Of a stretch of DNA of 64,000 bases, positions 60,701 through 64,000 are shown piece after piece. The DNA lies in assembly GCA_964016885.1 (NCBI GenBank), contig OZ024757.1:7378001-7442000 (forward strand). Reading direction: 5' to 3'. The notes beneath the pieces are model-generated. The model was not told the origin of the DNA. It ran no database searches and saw nothing but the letters and a program-made list of their open reading frames with translations. This DNA is from Eledone cirrhosa. Its lineage: Eukaryota. The first letter of the stretch is position 1. Each line of letters begins with the position of its first letter. The position numbers were made by a program, and so were the translations under genes.

Positions 60701-63540
60701 TACAGTATAGTGGCTATCAGACATAGTGTACCTAGGACTACATTATCTAATGTAGTGTATCTAAGACTACATTGTCTAATGTACAGTATAGTGGCTATCA
60801 GACGTAGTGTACCTAGGACTACATTATCTAATCTACAGTATAGTGGCTATCAGACAGTGTATCTAAGACTACATTATCTAACGTACAGTATAGTGGCTAT
60901 CAGACATAGTGTATCTAGGACTACATCATATAATGTACAGTATAGTGGCTATCAGACATAGTGTATCTAAGACTACATTATCTAATGTACAGTATAGTGG
61001 CTATCAGACATAGTGTACCTAGGACTACATTATCTAATGTACAGTATAGTGGCTATCAGATATAGTGTATCTAGGACTACATTATCTAATGTACAGTATA
61101 GTGGCTATCAGACGTAGTGTACCTAGGACTACATTATCTAATCTACAGTATAGTGGCTATCAGACATAGTGTATCTAAGACTACATCATCTAATGTACAG
61201 TATAGTGGCTATCAGACATAGTGTACCTAGGACTACATTATGTAATGTACAGTATAGTGGCTATCAGACATAGTGTACCTAGGACTACATTATCTAATGT
61301 ACAGTATAGTGGCTATCAGATATAGTGTACCTAGACTACATTATGTAATGTACAGTATAGTGGCTATCAGACATAGTGTACCTAGGACTACATTATCTAA
61401 TGTACAGTATAGTGGCTATCAGATATAGTGTACATAGACTACATTATGTAATGTACAGTATAGTGTCTATCAGACAGAGTGTACCTAGGACTACATTATC
61501 TAATGTACAGTATAGTGGCTATCAGACATAGTGTATCTAGGACTACATTATCTAATGTACAGTATAGTGTCTATCAGACATAGTGTATCTAGGACTACAT
61601 TATCTAATGTACAGTATAGTGGCTATCAGACATAGTGTACCTAGGACTACATTATCTAATGTACAGTATAGTGGCTATCAGATATAGTGTACCTAGGACT
61701 ACATTATCTAATGTACAGTATACTGGCTATCAGACATAGTGTACCTAAGACTACATTATCTAATGTACAGTATAGTGGCTATCAGACATAGTGTATCTAG
61801 GACTACATTATCTAATGTACAGTATAGTGGCTATCAGACATAGTGTACCTAGGACTACATTATCTAATGTACATTATAGTGGCTATCAGACATAGTGTAC
61901 TTAGGACTACATTATCTAATGTACAGTATAGTAGCTATCAGACATAGTGTACTTAGGACTACATTATCTAATGTACAGTATAGTGTCTATCAGACATAGT
62001 GTACCTAGGACTACATTATATAATGTACAGTATAGTGGCTATCAGACATAGTGTACCTAGGACTACATTATCTAATGTACAGTATAGTGGCTATCAGACA
62101 TAGTGTATCTAGGACTACATTATCTAATGTACAGTATAGTGGCTATCAGATATAGTGTATCTAGGACTACATTATCTAATGTACAGTATAGTGTCTATCA
62201 GATATAGTGTACCTAGGACTACATTATCTAATGTACAGTATAGTGGCTATCAGACATAGTGTACCTAGGACTACATTATCTAATGTACAGTATAGTGGCT
62301 ATCAGACATAGTGTATATAGGACTACATTATATAATGTACAGTATAGTGTCTATCAGACATAGTGTACCTCGGACTACATTATCTAATGTATAGTATAGT
62401 GGCTATCAGACATAGTGTACCTAGGACTACATTATATAATGTACAGTATAGTGTCTATCAGACATAGTGTACCTAGGACTACATTATCTAATGTACAGTA
62501 TAGTGGCTATCAGACATAGTGTACCTAGGACTACATTATCTAATGTATAGTATAGTGGTTATCAGACATAGTGTACCTAGGACTACATTATCTAATGTAC
62601 AGTATAGTGGCTATCAGACATAGTGTATCTAGGACTACATTATCTAATGTATAGTATAGTGGCTATCAGACATAGTGTACCTAGGACTACATTATATAAT
62701 GTACAGTATAGTGGCTATCAGACATAGTGTACCTAGGACTACATTATCTAATGTACAGTATAGTGGCTATCAGACATAGTGTACCTAGGACTCCATTATA
62801 TAATGTAAAGTATGGTGGCTATCAAACATAGTGTACCTAGGACTACATTATCTAATGTACAGTATAGTGGCTATCAGACATAGTGTACCTAGGACTACAT
62901 TATCTAATGTACAGTATAGTGGCTATCTGACATAGTGTACCTAGGACTACATTATCTAATGTACAGTATAGTGACTATCAGACATAGTGTATCTAGGACT
63001 ACATTATCTAATCTACAGTATAGTGGCTATCAGACATAGTGTACCTAGGACTACATTATCTAATGTACAGTATAGTGGCTATCAGACATAGTGTACCTAG
63101 GACTACATTATCTAATGTAGTGTATCTAAGACTACATTGTCTAATGTACAGTATAGTGGCTATCAGACGTAGTGTACCTAGGACTACATTATCTAATCTA
63201 CAGTATAGTGGCTATCAGACAGTGTATCTAAGACTACATTATCTAACGTACAGTATAGTGGCTATCAGACATAGTGTATCTAGGACTACATCATATAATG
63301 TACAGTATAGTGGCTATCAGACATAGTGTATCTAAGACTACATTATCTAATGTACAGTATAGTGGCTATCAGACATAGTGTACCTAGGACTACATTATCT
63401 AATGTACAGTATAGTGGCTATCAGATATAGTGTATCTAGGACTACATTATCTAATGTACAGTATAGTGGCTATCAGACGTAGTGTACCTAGGACTACATT
63501 ATCTAATCTACAGTATAGTGGCTATCAGACATAGTGTATC
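54760..63540. repeat. Dispersed duplicate blocks in the right domain (~54.8-57.0 kb matches ~61.3-63.5 kb, offset 6,542; sub-block also at ~60.6-61.2 kb)
   Basis: ATGTAAAGTATGG occurs at 56261 and 62803. The 23-bp deletion junction occurs at 56577, 60754 and 63119. Identical 95-aa pseudo-ORFs start at 56497, 60674 and 63039. Confidence 0.82.
57005..60598. repeat. Tandem duplication of a 34-monomer (1,763-bp) block
   Basis: Identical ORFs lie at 57667 and 59430 (offset 1763 = 34 x 52 - 5). Markers GTAACTAGAC (~57618/59381) and ATTGTATAAT..GGTTATC (~57112/58875) recur at the same offset. Confidence 0.88.
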
Positions 63541-64000
63541 TAAGACTACATCATCTAATGTACAGTATAGTGGCTATCAGACATAGTGTATCTAGGACTA
63601 CATTATCTAATGTACAGTATAGTGGCTATCAGACGTAGTGTACCTAGGCCTACATTATATAATGTACAGTATAGTGGCTATCAGATATAGTGTATCTAGG
63701 ACTACATTATCTAATGTACAGTATAGTGTCTATCAGACATAGTGTACCTAGGCCTACATTATATAATGTACAGTATAGTGGCTATCAGATATAGTGTATC
63801 TAGGACTACATTATCTAATGTACAGTATAGTGTCTATCAGACATAGTGTACCTAGGACTACATTATATAATGTACAGTATAGTGGCTATCAGATATAGTG
63901 TATCTAGGACTACATTATCTAATGTACAGTATAGTGGCTATCAGACATAGTGTATCTAGGCCTACATTATCTAATGTACAGTATAGTGGCTATCAGATAT

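Larger units (their letters stand above)
1..64000. repeat. Tandem satellite array, 52-bp monomer, ~1,230 head-to-tail copies, truncated by both window ends
   Basis: The unit ATGTACAGTATAGTGGCTATCAGACATAGTGTACCTAGGACTACATTATCTA restarts at 1, 53, 105 and so on to the end. Copies usually differ from the consensus by 0-3 substitutions; the commonest are GTACC/GTATC and TATCTAAT/TATATAAT. No inversion or unique insert was seen. 64000/52 is about 1,231. Confidence 0.99.

Noticed and set aside
33026-63326. Twelve 63-95 aa ORFs (MYLGLHYLMYSIVAIRHSVPRTTLSNVQYSGYQT...)
   Set aside because: They are translations of the satellite. Since 52 is not a multiple of 3, the frame cycles and reaches a phase with four stops every third monomer. 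ORFs pass 60 aa only where 1-, 2-, 16- or 23-bp deletions skip that phase. They start at GTG in the repeat and have no ribosome-binding site, promoter or recognisable domain.
1-64000. CRISPR array (palindromic repeat at a regular period)
   Set aside because: There are no unique spacers, the entire 52 bp repeats, and there is no leader or cas gene.
1-64000. Fungal RIP signature (consensus has 10 TpA vs 6 ApT; CpA+TpG 7 vs ApC+GpT 10)
   Set aside because: These indices come from a single 52-bp unit and carry no statistical weight. Most CpA and TpG sites are intact across ~1,200 copies, and many variants are transversions, unlike active RIP.
1-64000. Telomeric repeat, tRNA/5S tandem array, or MITE/transposon array
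   Set aside because: There is no G-rich strand bias or telomere motif, no cloverleaf or A/B boxes, and no terminal inverted repeats with target-site duplications.
1-64000. Variant pattern as an encoded message or programmed diversification system
   Set aside because: The variant order is explained by nested block duplications and in-register deletions. Nothing indicates a template, recombinase or reading mechanism.

Overview
The whole 64 kb window is one uninterrupted, head-to-tail tandem satellite array. The monomer is 52 bp (consensus ATGTACAGTATAGTGGCTATCAGACATAGTGTAC/TCTAGGACTACATTATCTA, 19/52 GC, no CpG), present in about 1,230 copies in one orientation and running off both ends. I found no genes, RNA genes, mobile elements, CRISPR spacers or unique sequence. 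The 12 listed ORFs are artefacts of small deletions that skip the stop-rich phase of the repeat. The information lies in the pattern of monomer variants: (i) a hairpin-forming quasi-palindrome TACATTA-TC-TAATGTA in every unit, with many recurrent variants that increase local palindromy; (ii) nested higher-order repeats, from a 104 bp dimer through 1.8-4.3 kb blocks to a near-identical ~14 kb duplication at offset 15,878/16,398; (iii) a turnover of diagnostic variants at ~24-27.5 kb; (iv) a few deletion junctions of different mechanistic types; and (v) CpG-to-TpG decay on otherwise identical haplotypes. It looks like eukaryotic satellite or macro-minisatellite DNA, but the organism and function cannot be determined from the sequence alone. 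I see no support for a new protein-coding system. All counts were made by eye.
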